Below, in pieces: positions 29,361 to 39,198 of a DNA stretch of 64,000 nt (the first letter of the stretch is position 1; the number at the start of each line of letters is the position of its first letter). The notes beneath the pieces are model-generated. The model did not search any database. It was not told where the DNA came from and worked only from the letters and a program-made list of their open reading frames with translations. This DNA comes from a virus. The stretch is from the IMG/VR virus record IMGVR_UViG_3300050138_000176, positions 22,505-86,504 of that record. One strand, 5' to 3'. A program made the translations under genes and the position numbers.

Positions 29361-29372
29361 TAAGGAGATAGA

Positions 29373-29927
29373 ATGATAAATAAAAACATCATGGAAATTG
29401 CCAAATCACCAGTATGTTCAATTCTTATTGCAACCATGCATGATAACGGATGGTCATTAACCGACACACTCGACGCCTTGCAACATTGCCACAATAACGT
29501 GGACGAATGTGCTATCGCTGCGTTCCAATTAAACGAGAATAAGCCAGGTCTGTGGCGCGGTCTTCATTTTCCATTATTCGTGCAAAAGCATATATCCATT
29601 CCAGAAGTGGTCGCGCAGGCAGTAAGACAAGACACAAAATATCTTACCATTGAACCAACTGCTAAAACGGCCAAACCCAGCCGTGAAGGGTTCATCTACC
29701 TCATGGCAAACTACCGCAATGGATACACTAAAATTGGCTGGTCGCTAAACCCAGTTGTGCGCGAAGCTACACTGCAAGCGGAGGACCCAGACATGATTCT
29801 ATTTCGCCAGTGGCGAGGCACAAAGGAGGATGAAAGAGACTTGCATGGATATTTTGGTGATAAACATAAACGAGGAGAATGGTTCTCTCTCGATTTTAAT
29901 GACTTACAACGATTGGAGGCCGCATGA
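29373..29927 (+). CDS. T5orf172/GIY-YIG-like domain protein
   Basis: GFIYLM...TKIGWS...R...LQ...ERDLH...RGEWF. Confidence 0.8.
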   Translation: MINKNIMEIAKSPVCSILIATMHDNGWSLTDTLDALQHCHNNVDECAIAAFQLNENKPGLWRGLHFPLFVQKHISIPEVVAQAVRQDTKYLTIEPTAKTAKPSREGFIYLMANYRNGYTKIGWSLNPVVREATLQAEDPDMILFRQWRGTKEDERDLHGYFGDKHKRGEWFSLDFNDLQRLEAA

Positions 29928-30721
29928 GCGAGCAAACCATCTACGTCCAGAAGGAAAAGACAGACCCGTTCGCCAGGGTTCCGAAGGAGATGCTGGACTG
30001 CAAAGAGATATCTTGGAAGGCGAAAGGCATCTTGAGCTACCTCCTAAGCAAGCCGAAAGACTGGAAGCTGCGCGTGTCGGATATCTGCAACCACGGGCCG
30101 GAAGGGTCAGCCGCCGTGCGGGCCGCGCTGGCGGAATTGCGCTCCATCGGCTACGCTGACCTGGAGCGAAAGCTAGAAAAAGGCAAGGTGGTGGAGTGGG
30201 TCTGGAAAGTGTGTGACAGCCCTATTTTCATTGATGAGCAGCCAGATGGTGATTTCCCACATCTGGCTAATTCAGATGTGGCTGAACCAGATCTGGAAAA
30301 TCGCGACCATACTAAGACTAATAATACTAAGAAAGAGGTTACAAAGAAAGAAGGGAGCTGCGCTGCGCCTCCAGAGGTTGAGTATTGGAATGGAAAAGGT
30401 GTGCTGCCAAAGATTATCAAATGGGATGGATCGCGCTTCAAGAAGTTGCTATCCAGACGCAAGGATTCATTCTTCATGGAGAATTGGCAGGCCGCGATTG
30501 ATAGAATATGCCAATCGAAATTTTGCCTTGGACAAGTTAAGAGCGATAGGGATTGGGTGGCAGATTTTGATTGGTTCCTTAAATATGAATCATTCGTGAA
30601 AATTATGGAAGGCAGGTATGATGATAAGAAATCAAAACTCGACAACCATGGCCTCAATCTCGACTGGGGAAAGCCGATGCGCGACCCGGACCCGGCAGAG
30701 CGCAAGGAGGAATCGCAATGA
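29924..30721 (+). CDS. Phage replication initiator (lambda O-like)
   Basis: ISWKAKGILSYLLS wHTH, internal iterons, DFDWFL..IMEG.Y C-terminus; upstream of loader. Confidence 0.8.
   Translation: MSEQTIYVQKEKTDPFARVPKEMLDCKEISWKAKGILSYLLSKPKDWKLRVSDICNHGPEGSAAVRAALAELRSIGYADLERKLEKGKVVEWVWKVCDSPIFIDEQPDGDFPHLANSDVAEPDLENRDHTKTNNTKKEVTKKEGSCAAPPEVEYWNGKGVLPKIIKWDGSRFKKLLSRRKDSFFMENWQAAIDRICQSKFCLGQVKSDRDWVADFDWFLKYESFVKIMEGRYDDKKSKLDNHGLNLDWGKPMRDPDPAERKEESQ
30242..30352. other. Putative replication origin: four iterons at 15 bp spacing plus A-rich tract
   Basis: CCAGATGG 30242, CCACATCTGG 30257, TCAGATGTGG 30272, CCAGATCTGG 30287. Confidence 0.65.
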
Positions 30722-31389
30722 GTTCCGAGGTCTGCAAGGTATGCCAGTTCCGCTTCGAGGCGCCGGAGCCAGTGGAGTTCGCCGGGCGCAAGTTCGGGAT
30801 GACAACCTGCCCGTCATGCCGGCAGGCGTCAATCGATGAGACGGCGGCCAAGGATGCCGCAGTCAAGCGGCAGCGGGCGGTGGAGGCGTGGGGCCGGCAA
30901 TGCCCTGCCCTGTTCCAGGCAACCGACCCGGCGCGGCTCAATCAGAAGATGCTGGCGAAAGTCATGGCGTGGCAGTTCGGTCCGAAAGGATTGCTGGTGT
31001 CCGGGCCGAGTGACCGTGGCAAGACGCGGGCCATGTTCCTGCTGCTGCGGCGGCTGGCCGTGGACGAGTTGCGCGATGTCGTGGTGTTTCACGACAATGA
31101 GTTCGCACACCAGTGCGCCAGGGCGTTCGGCGACCAGACCGGCGAGGCGTGGGTGGAGAAGATATGCAAGGCGTCGGTGGTGTTCTTTGACGACATTGGG
31201 AAGTTCAAGCTGACCGAGCGCGTGGAGTCCGAGCTGTTCGGGATCGTGGCGTCGCGCACGGCGTGGATGCGACCGACGCTGTGGACGACGAATTTCAAAG
31301 GCGAGGAGCTTGCTTCCAAGCTGTCGCCGGATCGCGGTGTGCCGCTGGTGCGAAGGCTCAAGGAATTCTGCGAAGGAATAGAAGTATGA
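30718..31389 (+). CDS. DnaC/IstB-like ATPase (helicase loader)
   Basis: CxxC pairs, GPSDRGKT, FFDDIG, TTN. Confidence 0.85.
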   Translation: MSSEVCKVCQFRFEAPEPVEFAGRKFGMTTCPSCRQASIDETAAKDAAVKRQRAVEAWGRQCPALFQATDPARLNQKMLAKVMAWQFGPKGLLVSGPSDRGKTRAMFLLLRRLAVDELRDVVVFHDNEFAHQCARAFGDQTGEAWVEKICKASVVFFDDIGKFKLTERVESELFGIVASRTAWMRPTLWTTNFKGEELASKLSPDRGVPLVRRLKEFCEGIEV

Positions 31390-31931
31390 GCTGCCAGCCC
31401 ATCCACCTGGTCGCCAAGCCGCAGGTCGGCTCGTTCTACCTGGTGCCGTGCTACCTGCGCGCTGACCACGGCATCAATGCGTGGTGGCCGGTCGCCGGGC
31501 CGAGGCATGAGGATGCGGATATTGGATTCCGTGAGGAGCACTACCATCTCGACGCGAGGTTCATGTCTTCGGCAATGTGGGAGGCGATGTCAGTCCATAG
31601 TGAACCTGTGATAAATGGGGAGCGATTCCGATTGTCACGAGTGACGATCAATGTGACGCCGGACATGATACAGCACCGCTGCATGAGGATGAACCGGCAG
31701 ATGCCGGACTTCCCGGCAAGAATGACCGATGGTAAAATATCAGGTATCTGCACCACTCTGGAAAAGCAGTTCACCGACGTGCGCATGAAGTGCATGACCT
31801 GTCCGCACCGTGGCATGCCGCTGACCGGGCTGCCGGTACGCCCTGACGGCACCGTGGTCTGCAACGGGCACGGCCTCAAGTGGCACCTGGCTACCGGCGT
31901 CATGGTGTCGCGCAAGGGGGACAGGGAGTGA
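31386..31931 (+). CDS. Protein with C-terminal Rieske [2Fe-2S]-like motif
   Basis: CPHRGMPL...VVCNGHGLKW...TG. Confidence 0.65.
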   Translation: MSCQPIHLVAKPQVGSFYLVPCYLRADHGINAWWPVAGPRHEDADIGFREEHYHLDARFMSSAMWEAMSVHSEPVINGERFRLSRVTINVTPDMIQHRCMRMNRQMPDFPARMTDGKISGICTTLEKQFTDVRMKCMTCPHRGMPLTGLPVRPDGTVVCNGHGLKWHLATGVMVSRKGDRE

Positions 31932-32959
31932 GCGTCGAAATTATCCAAGGCGACTGCCGCGAGACGCTGAAGCTGCTGCCTGAATGCTCGGTGCAGTGTT
32001 GCGTGACGTCGCCGCCGTATTTTGGTTTGCGTCGATATCTAAAGCCTGGACACCCGGATGCTGTGAAGGAGATAGGACAGGAGGCTACGCCGGAACTTTA
32101 CGTGGCCGCGCTGGTGGACGTGTTCCGGGAAGTGCGGCGGGTGCTGAAGGATGATGGCACGCTCTGGCTTAACATCGGAGATTCTTATGCCGCCGGTAAG
32201 ACTGGAAGAAGCGATGATGGAAGCGGTGATCCAACGAGCACTCTTGGACCGAAACGGGACGGCAATCCTGGCAATAGCGGGATGGGTCCGGTATCGCAAC
32301 GTAAAGCACCGCCGGGCTACAAACCGAAAGACCTGATCGGCATCCCGTGGCTGGTCGCCTTCGCGCTGCGGGCAGACGGCTGGTGGCTGCGGCAGGACAT
32401 CATTTGGGCCAAGCCGAATCCGATGCCGGAGAGCGTGACCGACCGTTGCACCAAGGCGCATGAATATATTTTCCTGCTCACAAAATCGCCAACATACTTT
32501 TACGATGCTGCCGCCATCTGTGAGCCTAGCAGTGGGTGGAATGGTTCATCGTTTACAGATGACAGAGATGTAAAAACAAAGCGCGGACTTGGATTAGGAC
32601 CAAGAAACATAGATGGCAATATGAGTGCCAACGGCGTCGGAAGAACAACTGAAGGTTTAAATCTAAAAACCGCAGAGGAAAAAACAGGACCAACTCGCAA
32701 CAAGCGCAGCGTCTGGACCGTCGCGACAAATCCATACTCCGAAGCGCACTTCGCCACGTTCCCGCCTGACTTGATCAAGCCGTGCGTGCTGGCCGGCAGC
32801 AGGCCCGGCGACACGGTAGGCGACCCGTTCGGTGGAAGCGGCACCACGGCGCTCGTCGCGACCGAGCTGGGGCGTAACGCGGTCATCTGCGAGCTGAACG
32901 AGGAATACATACCGATGGCTAAAGACAGAACCAACGTGACCGGAGGACTCGCGTTGTGA
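31928..32959 (+). CDS. N4C/N6A DNA methyltransferase (beta class)
   Basis: GDC, TSPPY, IIWAKPNPMPES, HFATFP, DPFGGSGTT. Confidence 0.93.
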   Translation: MSVEIIQGDCRETLKLLPECSVQCCVTSPPYFGLRRYLKPGHPDAVKEIGQEATPELYVAALVDVFREVRRVLKDDGTLWLNIGDSYAAGKTGRSDDGSGDPTSTLGPKRDGNPGNSGMGPVSQRKAPPGYKPKDLIGIPWLVAFALRADGWWLRQDIIWAKPNPMPESVTDRCTKAHEYIFLLTKSPTYFYDAAAICEPSSGWNGSSFTDDRDVKTKRGLGLGPRNIDGNMSANGVGRTTEGLNLKTAEEKTGPTRNKRSVWTVATNPYSEAHFATFPPDLIKPCVLAGSRPGDTVGDPFGGSGTTALVATELGRNAVICELNEEYIPMAKDRTNVTGGLAL

Positions 32960-34416
32960 GCGACCGGATGCCGTGGGAGCCGCAGCCTCCCGCACCGCCG
33001 CCGCGACCGGCAGCAGCACCGGCCACGAACGGCCACGCGGACCTGAAGCAGGAACGGCGGCAGCGCGCCGGGTTCAGCGACGCCACGGAGAAGGTTGATA
33101 AACTTCCGCCGCACAGTCCTGAGAGCGAGCAGGGCGTGCTCGGCTGCATCCTATTGTCACCACAATCCTGCGTCGCGGAAGCCGTGGCCGGCGGACTGAC
33201 ACCGGACTCGTTTTATGATCTGAGACACCAGACCGTGTTCGATACCATCGTCAAGATGACCGACGACCGGGAGGCCGTGGACATCATCACGCTGTCACAG
33301 AAGTTAAAGGATAATCAAAGACTGGCCGAGGTTGGCGGTGTGGCCTACCTGAACTCGCTGCCGGACACCGTGCCGAGCGCGGCCAACCTGAGCTATTACC
33401 TGGACATTGTGCTGGAGAAGGAGGTCCTTCGCAGGATAGTCCACACATGCACCGAGGCGGCAGTTCGCGTCCGGGACCATGAAGGCGAGGTTGATAATTT
33501 ACTGGACGAAGTGGAGCGCGACATCCTGGCGATCCGCCGCAGCGCAGCCATCCCGGACACCAAGTCGCTGATCAGGAGCTCGCTCGACCGGATAGAGCTG
33601 ATGCACGAGCAACGCGGCACAGTAGGAGGAATCGCAACAGGATTCACCGACGTGGACAAGCTGACCGACGGCCTGCACGGCAGTGAGATGATCGTTCTGG
33701 CCGGCGAGACCAAGGGCGGCAAGACCTCATTCGCCCTGAACGTGGTGGATCACGCGGCGGTCGCGCTGGCGCTGCCGGTTGGGATATTCAGCCTGGAGAT
33801 GTCCGCCGAATCTCTCGTCACCCGGATGCTGTTCACCCGGTCAAGGATCAACGCGAGAAGCGTCCGCGACCAGGGCATGACTGAGCGCGACTTCCCGGCG
33901 CTGACCTCGGCGGCGGCCCGGCTGAACGCGGCCAAGCTGTTCATCGACGACACCGGCGGCCTCACGGTGAGCCAGCTCCGGGCAAGGGCGCGGCGCTGGG
34001 TCCAGCAGCACGGCGTCAAGCTGCTGGTCGTGGACTACCTGCAACTGTTGTCCGCTCCCGAGGTGTCGAAGCGCGGCAGCCGGGAGCAGGAGGTCGCGGC
34101 GATCAGCAAAGGATTGAAAGGTATGGCGAAGGAGCTTGGCGTCCCGGTGCTCGTGCTGATCCAGTTGAACGCGCTCGGCAAGGCCAGGGAATCGCTCGCC
34201 ATCGAACAGGATCTGGACGCCTTGTGGGTGCTCAAGCGGCAGGAGGATGATGAAAAGAAGAACGTGAACCGCGAGGCATGGCAGGTGAACCTTGAGGTTG
34301 AGCTGTGCCGCAACGGGCCGACCGGCTACGCTCCGCTCACGTTCCTGGCCGGGATAACCAAGTTCGAGAGCTGTGCTAAAGTGAGCGACGACGAACCGCC
34401 GCAAGAATCACGTTGA
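32956..34416 (+). CDS. dnaB: Replicative DNA helicase
   Basis: PPHSPESEQ, GGKTS, FSLEM, VDYLQL, RNGPTG. Confidence 0.95.
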   Translation: MSDRMPWEPQPPAPPPRPAAAPATNGHADLKQERRQRAGFSDATEKVDKLPPHSPESEQGVLGCILLSPQSCVAEAVAGGLTPDSFYDLRHQTVFDTIVKMTDDREAVDIITLSQKLKDNQRLAEVGGVAYLNSLPDTVPSAANLSYYLDIVLEKEVLRRIVHTCTEAAVRVRDHEGEVDNLLDEVERDILAIRRSAAIPDTKSLIRSSLDRIELMHEQRGTVGGIATGFTDVDKLTDGLHGSEMIVLAGETKGGKTSFALNVVDHAAVALALPVGIFSLEMSAESLVTRMLFTRSRINARSVRDQGMTERDFPALTSAAARLNAAKLFIDDTGGLTVSQLRARARRWVQQHGVKLLVVDYLQLLSAPEVSKRGSREQEVAAISKGLKGMAKELGVPVLVLIQLNALGKARESLAIEQDLDALWVLKRQEDDEKKNVNREAWQVNLEVELCRNGPTGYAPLTFLAGITKFESCAKVSDDEPPQESR

Positions 34417-34474
34417 CAACCGGCCAGTAACCGGCTATTCATTTTGACAGACGGTAAAAACGACAACGACTATG
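34413..34474 (+). promoter_or_regulatory. Putative ssb promoter and leader motif
   Basis: TTGACA-N17-TATTCA; GACGGTAAAAACGACAACGACTATG. Confidence 0.55.
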
Positions 34475-34924
34475 AACTGGAATAAAGTAGAACTGGCCGG
34501 GCACACAACGCGGGACATTGAACTGCGATACCTGCCGAAAGGCACCTGCGTCGGCGACTTCTCGCTGGCGGTCAACCGCAGGTGGAAGGATGACTCTGGC
34601 GAGCAAAAAGAGGAGGTATCCTTTATCAACTGCGTGGCCTTCGGCAAGACCGCCGAGACGCTGGCGCAGTATGTGAAGAAGGGACACCCGCTATTCATTG
34701 CGGGCCGTCTCCGTCAGGAAACGTGGCAGGACAAGACCACCGGCCAGAACCGGCAGGCGATCAAAGTAATCGTCGGCGAGTTTCAATTCTTGGCGAAGGC
34801 AACCGGCAACGGCACTGCCGCGCCCCGCGCCACGGCTCCCGCCGCAGGCCAGGGCGCCGAGGAGCCGCAGCCGGACGCGGATGCCGGCGGCTACCAGCCG
34901 GGAGATGACGGCGTACCTTTTTGA
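34472..34924 (+). CDS. ssb: Single-stranded DNA-binding protein
   Basis: NKVELAG..TRD.ELRY, LAVNR, DDGVPF acidic tail. Confidence 0.95.
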   Translation: MNWNKVELAGHTTRDIELRYLPKGTCVGDFSLAVNRRWKDDSGEQKEEVSFINCVAFGKTAETLAQYVKKGHPLFIAGRLRQETWQDKTTGQNRQAIKVIVGEFQFLAKATGNGTAAPRATAPAAGQGAEEPQPDADAGGYQPGDDGVPF

Positions 34925-34925
34925 T

Positions 34926-36032
34926 ATGGCTATCAAGACTAAGATTTCCTGGGCCGACTCGACGATCAACTGGTGGAGCGGTTGCACCATGGTCTCGCTG
35001 CCGGCCACCGGCCTCAAGGAGTCCGGCTGTCTCCATTGCTATGCCAAGGAGCGCGACGACCGGCAGATGCAGGAGCCGGTGAGCCACTGGGGCAAGGGAG
35101 CGAAGCGGCTCAAGCACACCGGCGCGGTGAAGCAGGCGCTGGCGCTGAACCGGAAGCCGTGGATCTGCGACCATTGCGGAAATGCCTTTAGCGGAGTTGG
35201 TGATCCGGTTCTTGCTGGCGGAAACCATTGCTGCGGAAGTGAAAAAGGAGTCAAGCCGTCCGCGCACCGCCGCCGCATCTTCTCACTCAGCCTCGGTGAC
35301 ATCTTTGACCTGGAAGTGCCGATTGAATGGCTGGCCGAGGCTCTGGATACGATCCGGCAGTGTGACCAGTGCATCTGGATTCTCTGTACCAAGAGGCTGG
35401 AACTGTTCTTTGAGCGCACCGGCGCGGCCATGGATTATGATTTTAACCACGGCAAGCGCACGCTCTGCGGCTGGCTGCGCGACTGGCGCAACGCAACTTT
35501 GATTCCAAAGAACATCATCCTTCTAACATCGGTCGAGAACCAGGAAGCCGCCGACCTGCGCATCCCGCAACTGCTGCGGATACCGGCGGCGTGCCACGGG
35601 TTGAGCGTGGAACCCATGTTAGGCCCAGTCCACTTGACGCCATATATCGGCGGCGAGACTCACCAGTGCCAGTGCAAGGGCCGAAAAGGTGTAAACAGCC
35701 TTGGATTCCACGAGACGGAATACACGCTCCAGAGCAGCGGGCGCGACTGGTTCTGTGTCCATTGCAATACCAAGGCGGTGACACGACCTGCCTGTCGATG
35801 GATAATTCTAGGCGGAGAGAGCGGGCCGTCTGCCAGGCCGTGTGATCCACGATGGATTAAGGACTGCTTGAAGCAGGGACTGGACGCTGGCATCTCCGTG
35901 TTCGTGAAGCAGCTCGGAAGCAATTCGCTTGTGAAGCACAATGACGAACAAACTATCCGCGACAAGAAAGGCGGCGACCCTGCGGAGTGGCCTGAATCGC
36001 TACGGATACAGCAATGGCCGAAAGGATTTTAA
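34926..36032 (+). CDS. Gp37/Gp68 (DUF5131)-like phage protein
   Basis: TKISWAD..NWWSGC, GCLHCYA, LSVEPMLG, WIILGGESG, FVKQLG. Confidence 0.85.
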   Translation: MAIKTKISWADSTINWWSGCTMVSLPATGLKESGCLHCYAKERDDRQMQEPVSHWGKGAKRLKHTGAVKQALALNRKPWICDHCGNAFSGVGDPVLAGGNHCCGSEKGVKPSAHRRRIFSLSLGDIFDLEVPIEWLAEALDTIRQCDQCIWILCTKRLELFFERTGAAMDYDFNHGKRTLCGWLRDWRNATLIPKNIILLTSVENQEAADLRIPQLLRIPAACHGLSVEPMLGPVHLTPYIGGETHQCQCKGRKGVNSLGFHETEYTLQSSGRDWFCVHCNTKAVTRPACRWIILGGESGPSARPCDPRWIKDCLKQGLDAGISVFVKQLGSNSLVKHNDEQTIRDKKGGDPAEWPESLRIQQWPKGF

Positions 36033-36035
36033 TAA

Positions 36036-36716
36036 ATGAACACACAGGAAACATCAACGTCCTACGCGCCGGACTTCGTAAAGACCTTCATCCAGCTGGT
36101 CGCGGCTTTGTGCGCCAAGCCAAAAGACCTCCGGGTGGAAGTCATTGACGGACATGTTCTGATTGTGAACATCAACCCGCACGCATCCGACTTTGGGTCG
36201 TTGTGCGGCAAGAGGGGGTCAACCATCCGGGCGTTGAAAGTCGTTGGCGGCATGATGGCCGACCGGAAAAGCATCCAAGCAACCTTTGCCCTGAATGAAG
36301 GCGGCGGCGGCTGGGACAACCGCAGGCAAACGATAGTCAAACCAGATTCAAAGGAATGGACATCGGAAGACCTGGACATGCTGGCCAGCCTGGTCTGCAA
36401 GGAGCTGTTCGACGGCCCGGTGCAGGTGGAATGGAGAAGATTTGGCCCGTCCGATGTGAAAATGACTCTTATCGCTGACGTGCCGCCGTCAAGCATTCTG
36501 GAAGACGCGATAAACAAATACGTGACGGTGCGCGTGGACCTGGACGGCATGGAGGATGAATCCGACCTGGCAGAAAAGAATGAAGCGGTTTCCAACCCTA
36601 AACGGTGGTTTGAGAAGCAGATTGGCCGCGTGTTCCATGTCGCCGGCAAGCAGCAGGGTGTCAGGATTGCATTTGAGTTGCGGGACATCAATGAGAGGAG
36701 GAGTCCATTACAATGA
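36036..36716 (+). CDS. KH-domain RNA-binding protein (KhpA-like)
   Basis: HASDFGSLCGKRGSTIRAL with GxxG loop. Confidence 0.7.
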   Translation: MNTQETSTSYAPDFVKTFIQLVAALCAKPKDLRVEVIDGHVLIVNINPHASDFGSLCGKRGSTIRALKVVGGMMADRKSIQATFALNEGGGGWDNRRQTIVKPDSKEWTSEDLDMLASLVCKELFDGPVQVEWRRFGPSDVKMTLIADVPPSSILEDAINKYVTVRVDLDGMEDESDLAEKNEAVSNPKRWFEKQIGRVFHVAGKQQGVRIAFELRDINERRSPLQ

Positions 36717-37195
36717 AGGCATTGTCTCTCTGGCAACCATGGTCCACATTTATGGCGGACGGTAAAAAACTTATCGAAACCCGCGGATGGGAGACTTCCT
36801 ACCGTGGAGAACTCGTCATCTGCTCCGCGAAACGGAAACCGTCACTTGCCGAGTGCGGCGACCAGGCCACGTACGATGCCGCGCTCAAGCTGCCGTTCGG
36901 ATTCGCGCTGTGCGTTGTTGACCTTTACGATATAGTGCCAACCAGGAACTTCATCAATGGAGCGCACCGCGCCCTGCTGCCGCTGCGGGTGCTCACGCCA
37001 CAAGAAGCAGAACTTGGCGACTACACGCCAGGCCGGTTCGGATGGATGACAAGGAGGCTGTTCAAGTTCCAGAAGCCGGTGCCGGTCGTCGGCAGGCAAT
37101 CACTGTTTGACCTGTCACCGGACGAGGAGCGTCTGGTGCGGGAGCAGTGCGGATATATTGTCACCACATCGAAAGCGCAGGAGGAATTGCTATGA
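36713..37195 (+). CDS. ASCH-domain protein
   Basis: KALSLWQPW...GKKLIETRGW.TSYRG. Confidence 0.85.
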   Translation: MKALSLWQPWSTFMADGKKLIETRGWETSYRGELVICSAKRKPSLAECGDQATYDAALKLPFGFALCVVDLYDIVPTRNFINGAHRALLPLRVLTPQEAELGDYTPGRFGWMTRRLFKFQKPVPVVGRQSLFDLSPDEERLVREQCGYIVTTSKAQEELL

Positions 37196-37599
37196 GCCTC
37201 CGCGTCACCCGGCTGCCGGGCCACGCCACCATGTTCTCGGTGGAAGGCGAGTCGTTCGGCTGCTCCCGGACCAGCTACTGTGATTATGTCAATAGCAGCC
37301 AGACACCAACCATCGCCGGTCGCAACTGTCCGAAGTGCGGCCTGGGCGTGCTGGAGCGAAGGAATCATCAAGTTGATTTGGCGATTAATCAATGCGGATG
37401 TGAGGACTTTAAAACACGAAAGTCAATAGCGCAGAGCCTTTTGACGGATGAAGAAATCGCATCCATGACTCAAGATAAAAAAGATACTACAATCAGATGC
37501 AAACATCTGCGCGCCGCCCGCGCCTTCCTGTGCGGTGACGGCGACGCGCTGGACGCCCTGCTCCAGGCCGTGCCGCAGCAACGGGAGGACGGGCCGTAA
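37192..37599 (+). CDS. Zn-finger (SWIM-like) protein
   Basis: CPKC, CGCEDF...CKH. Confidence 0.5.
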   Translation: MSLRVTRLPGHATMFSVEGESFGCSRTSYCDYVNSSQTPTIAGRNCPKCGLGVLERRNHQVDLAINQCGCEDFKTRKSIAQSLLTDEEIASMTQDKKDTTIRCKHLRAARAFLCGDGDALDALLQAVPQQREDGP

Positions 37600-38108
37600 T
37601 GAGTATCACACGCGAAACCATTTTCAGCCCCGATAAACTTTACAGATACACGTTGTGGCGCGAGTTCGGCGGCGAGCTACTATGGGAAGGCGTCAACCAC
37701 CAGAAGCAAGGCTTCGTTCAATGGATCGGGCTTAATCCTTCCGTCGCAGACGACGTGGTTAATGATAACACCATTCGCCGCTGCATGGCCTTCACCAAGA
37801 AGTTCGGCTACGGGGCCATGTGCATGACCAACCTGTTCGCGTGGCGGGCCACCGACCCGGCGGACATGAGGCGGCAGAAAGACCCGGTCGGCCCGGACAA
37901 TAATATGTGGCTTGTATCCTTGGCTGGTGAGGCGTCGCTAATCATTTGCGCCTGGGGCAACCACGGCGCGCACATGGGCCGGGCGCAATTCGTGCTCAAC
38001 ATCCTAAAGAACGGTCCGCCACTCTATCGGCTCGGCGAACCGAACGCCGACGGCAGCCCCAGGCACCCGCTCTACCTGAAGGAGACGTTGACACCAGCAC
38101 CGCTATGA
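37599..38108 (+). CDS. DUF1643-like protein
   Basis: YRYTLWR, GLNPS.AD, NLFAWRAT.P, AWG, PRHPLY. Confidence 0.85.
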   Translation: MSITRETIFSPDKLYRYTLWREFGGELLWEGVNHQKQGFVQWIGLNPSVADDVVNDNTIRRCMAFTKKFGYGAMCMTNLFAWRATDPADMRRQKDPVGPDNNMWLVSLAGEASLIICAWGNHGAHMGRAQFVLNILKNGPPLYRLGEPNADGSPRHPLYLKETLTPAPL

Positions 38109-38334
38109 TTTATCAGGCAACAGGCTTCCGTTACTGGTGGCGGCGTTACCTCGGCTGGTTCCCGGTCCAATGGTGCATGGTGTGCGGGCGTCCGTACTGG
38201 GGAGGCTGGCCGTGGCCGTTCCGGTGGCCGGCAGCGTGGCACTGGATGCCGTGGTGGAAAGATTACTGCTCGCAACAGTGCTGTGATATTGATGAACTGG
38301 AAATTGATTCGGACAACCTTAAACTGGAATATAA

Positions 38335-38607
38335 ATGATACCACTCACCATTAAAATCTGCGACAAGACACAGAAGGAGCCAGCGTTCCCGGAGCAGGCC
38401 AAGAAGTGGAAAGGTGAACTGACCGACCTCCATGCTTCCGTGCTGGAGGCTGGAACAGTCCAAGGCAATACCACGATCTACCTGAGCGGAAGAACCAAGG
38501 ACGGCGGCTGGTATGGTATGCAACTCACGGCAAACCTGCTGCGGACGCTGGTGGCGACCATAGACGGCGCGGAGGCCCGGTGGCGTGTGGAGTCGAGAAG
38601 GAATTAA
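38335..38607 (+). CDS. Hypothetical protein
   Basis: 90 aa ORF in operon. Confidence 0.5.
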   Translation: MIPLTIKICDKTQKEPAFPEQAKKWKGELTDLHASVLEAGTVQGNTTIYLSGRTKDGGWYGMQLTANLLRTLVATIDGAEARWRVESRRN

Positions 38608-39198
38608 ATGTCACTCCACGGCTACAAACGCAAGACTGCCGCCGCGATATGGGTCAAGGCATTTCCCGACCAGGTCTCTCCGCCGCTGGCTCGTGCCGCG
38701 AACCAGGCGGCAGGCAGGCGCGTATTCAAAACGGATGGCAATCGTCCGGCATGGCACAAGGCGCTGCCGAAATACATGGCGAAGCAGATGGGTAGAGATC
38801 TCGACGCTGCGGTTAAAAACACAATAGCGCACGCAATTAAGAACTGGCCGAAGCCGATCCGCCGCCGTGCCAGACGGCACCAGGCCACGGACGCCGAGTA
38901 CCGGCGCGAGGCGGCGGCGTTTGTGGCGGCGGCAGTGGTGCGTGGCGAGACATGTCCGGTCGTGATCACGATACCAGCTCTGCGGAATGGAATGAAATAT
39001 GGGCATCCTATTTCGGCGCGTCTGAACGAGATACACCACACCAGAGGCAGGGCAGGGAGCCTGCTGCGCGATCAGCGTTTTTGGTTAGCTGTCAGTAAAC
39101 AGGGTCATCGATTTATCCATTCAAACATTGAGGAGTCACGGCGGCGCGGCTGGATCTGCGCTGCCGGACTCTGGAACACACCACCAAAGGAAACATGA
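38608..39198 (+). CDS. Degenerate HNH-like protein
   Basis: EIHHTRGR...WLAVS..GHRFIH. Confidence 0.55.
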   Translation: MSLHGYKRKTAAAIWVKAFPDQVSPPLARAANQAAGRRVFKTDGNRPAWHKALPKYMAKQMGRDLDAAVKNTIAHAIKNWPKPIRRRARRHQATDAEYRREAAAFVAAAVVRGETCPVVITIPALRNGMKYGHPISARLNEIHHTRGRAGSLLRDQRFWLAVSKQGHRFIHSNIEESRRRGWICAAGLWNTPPKET

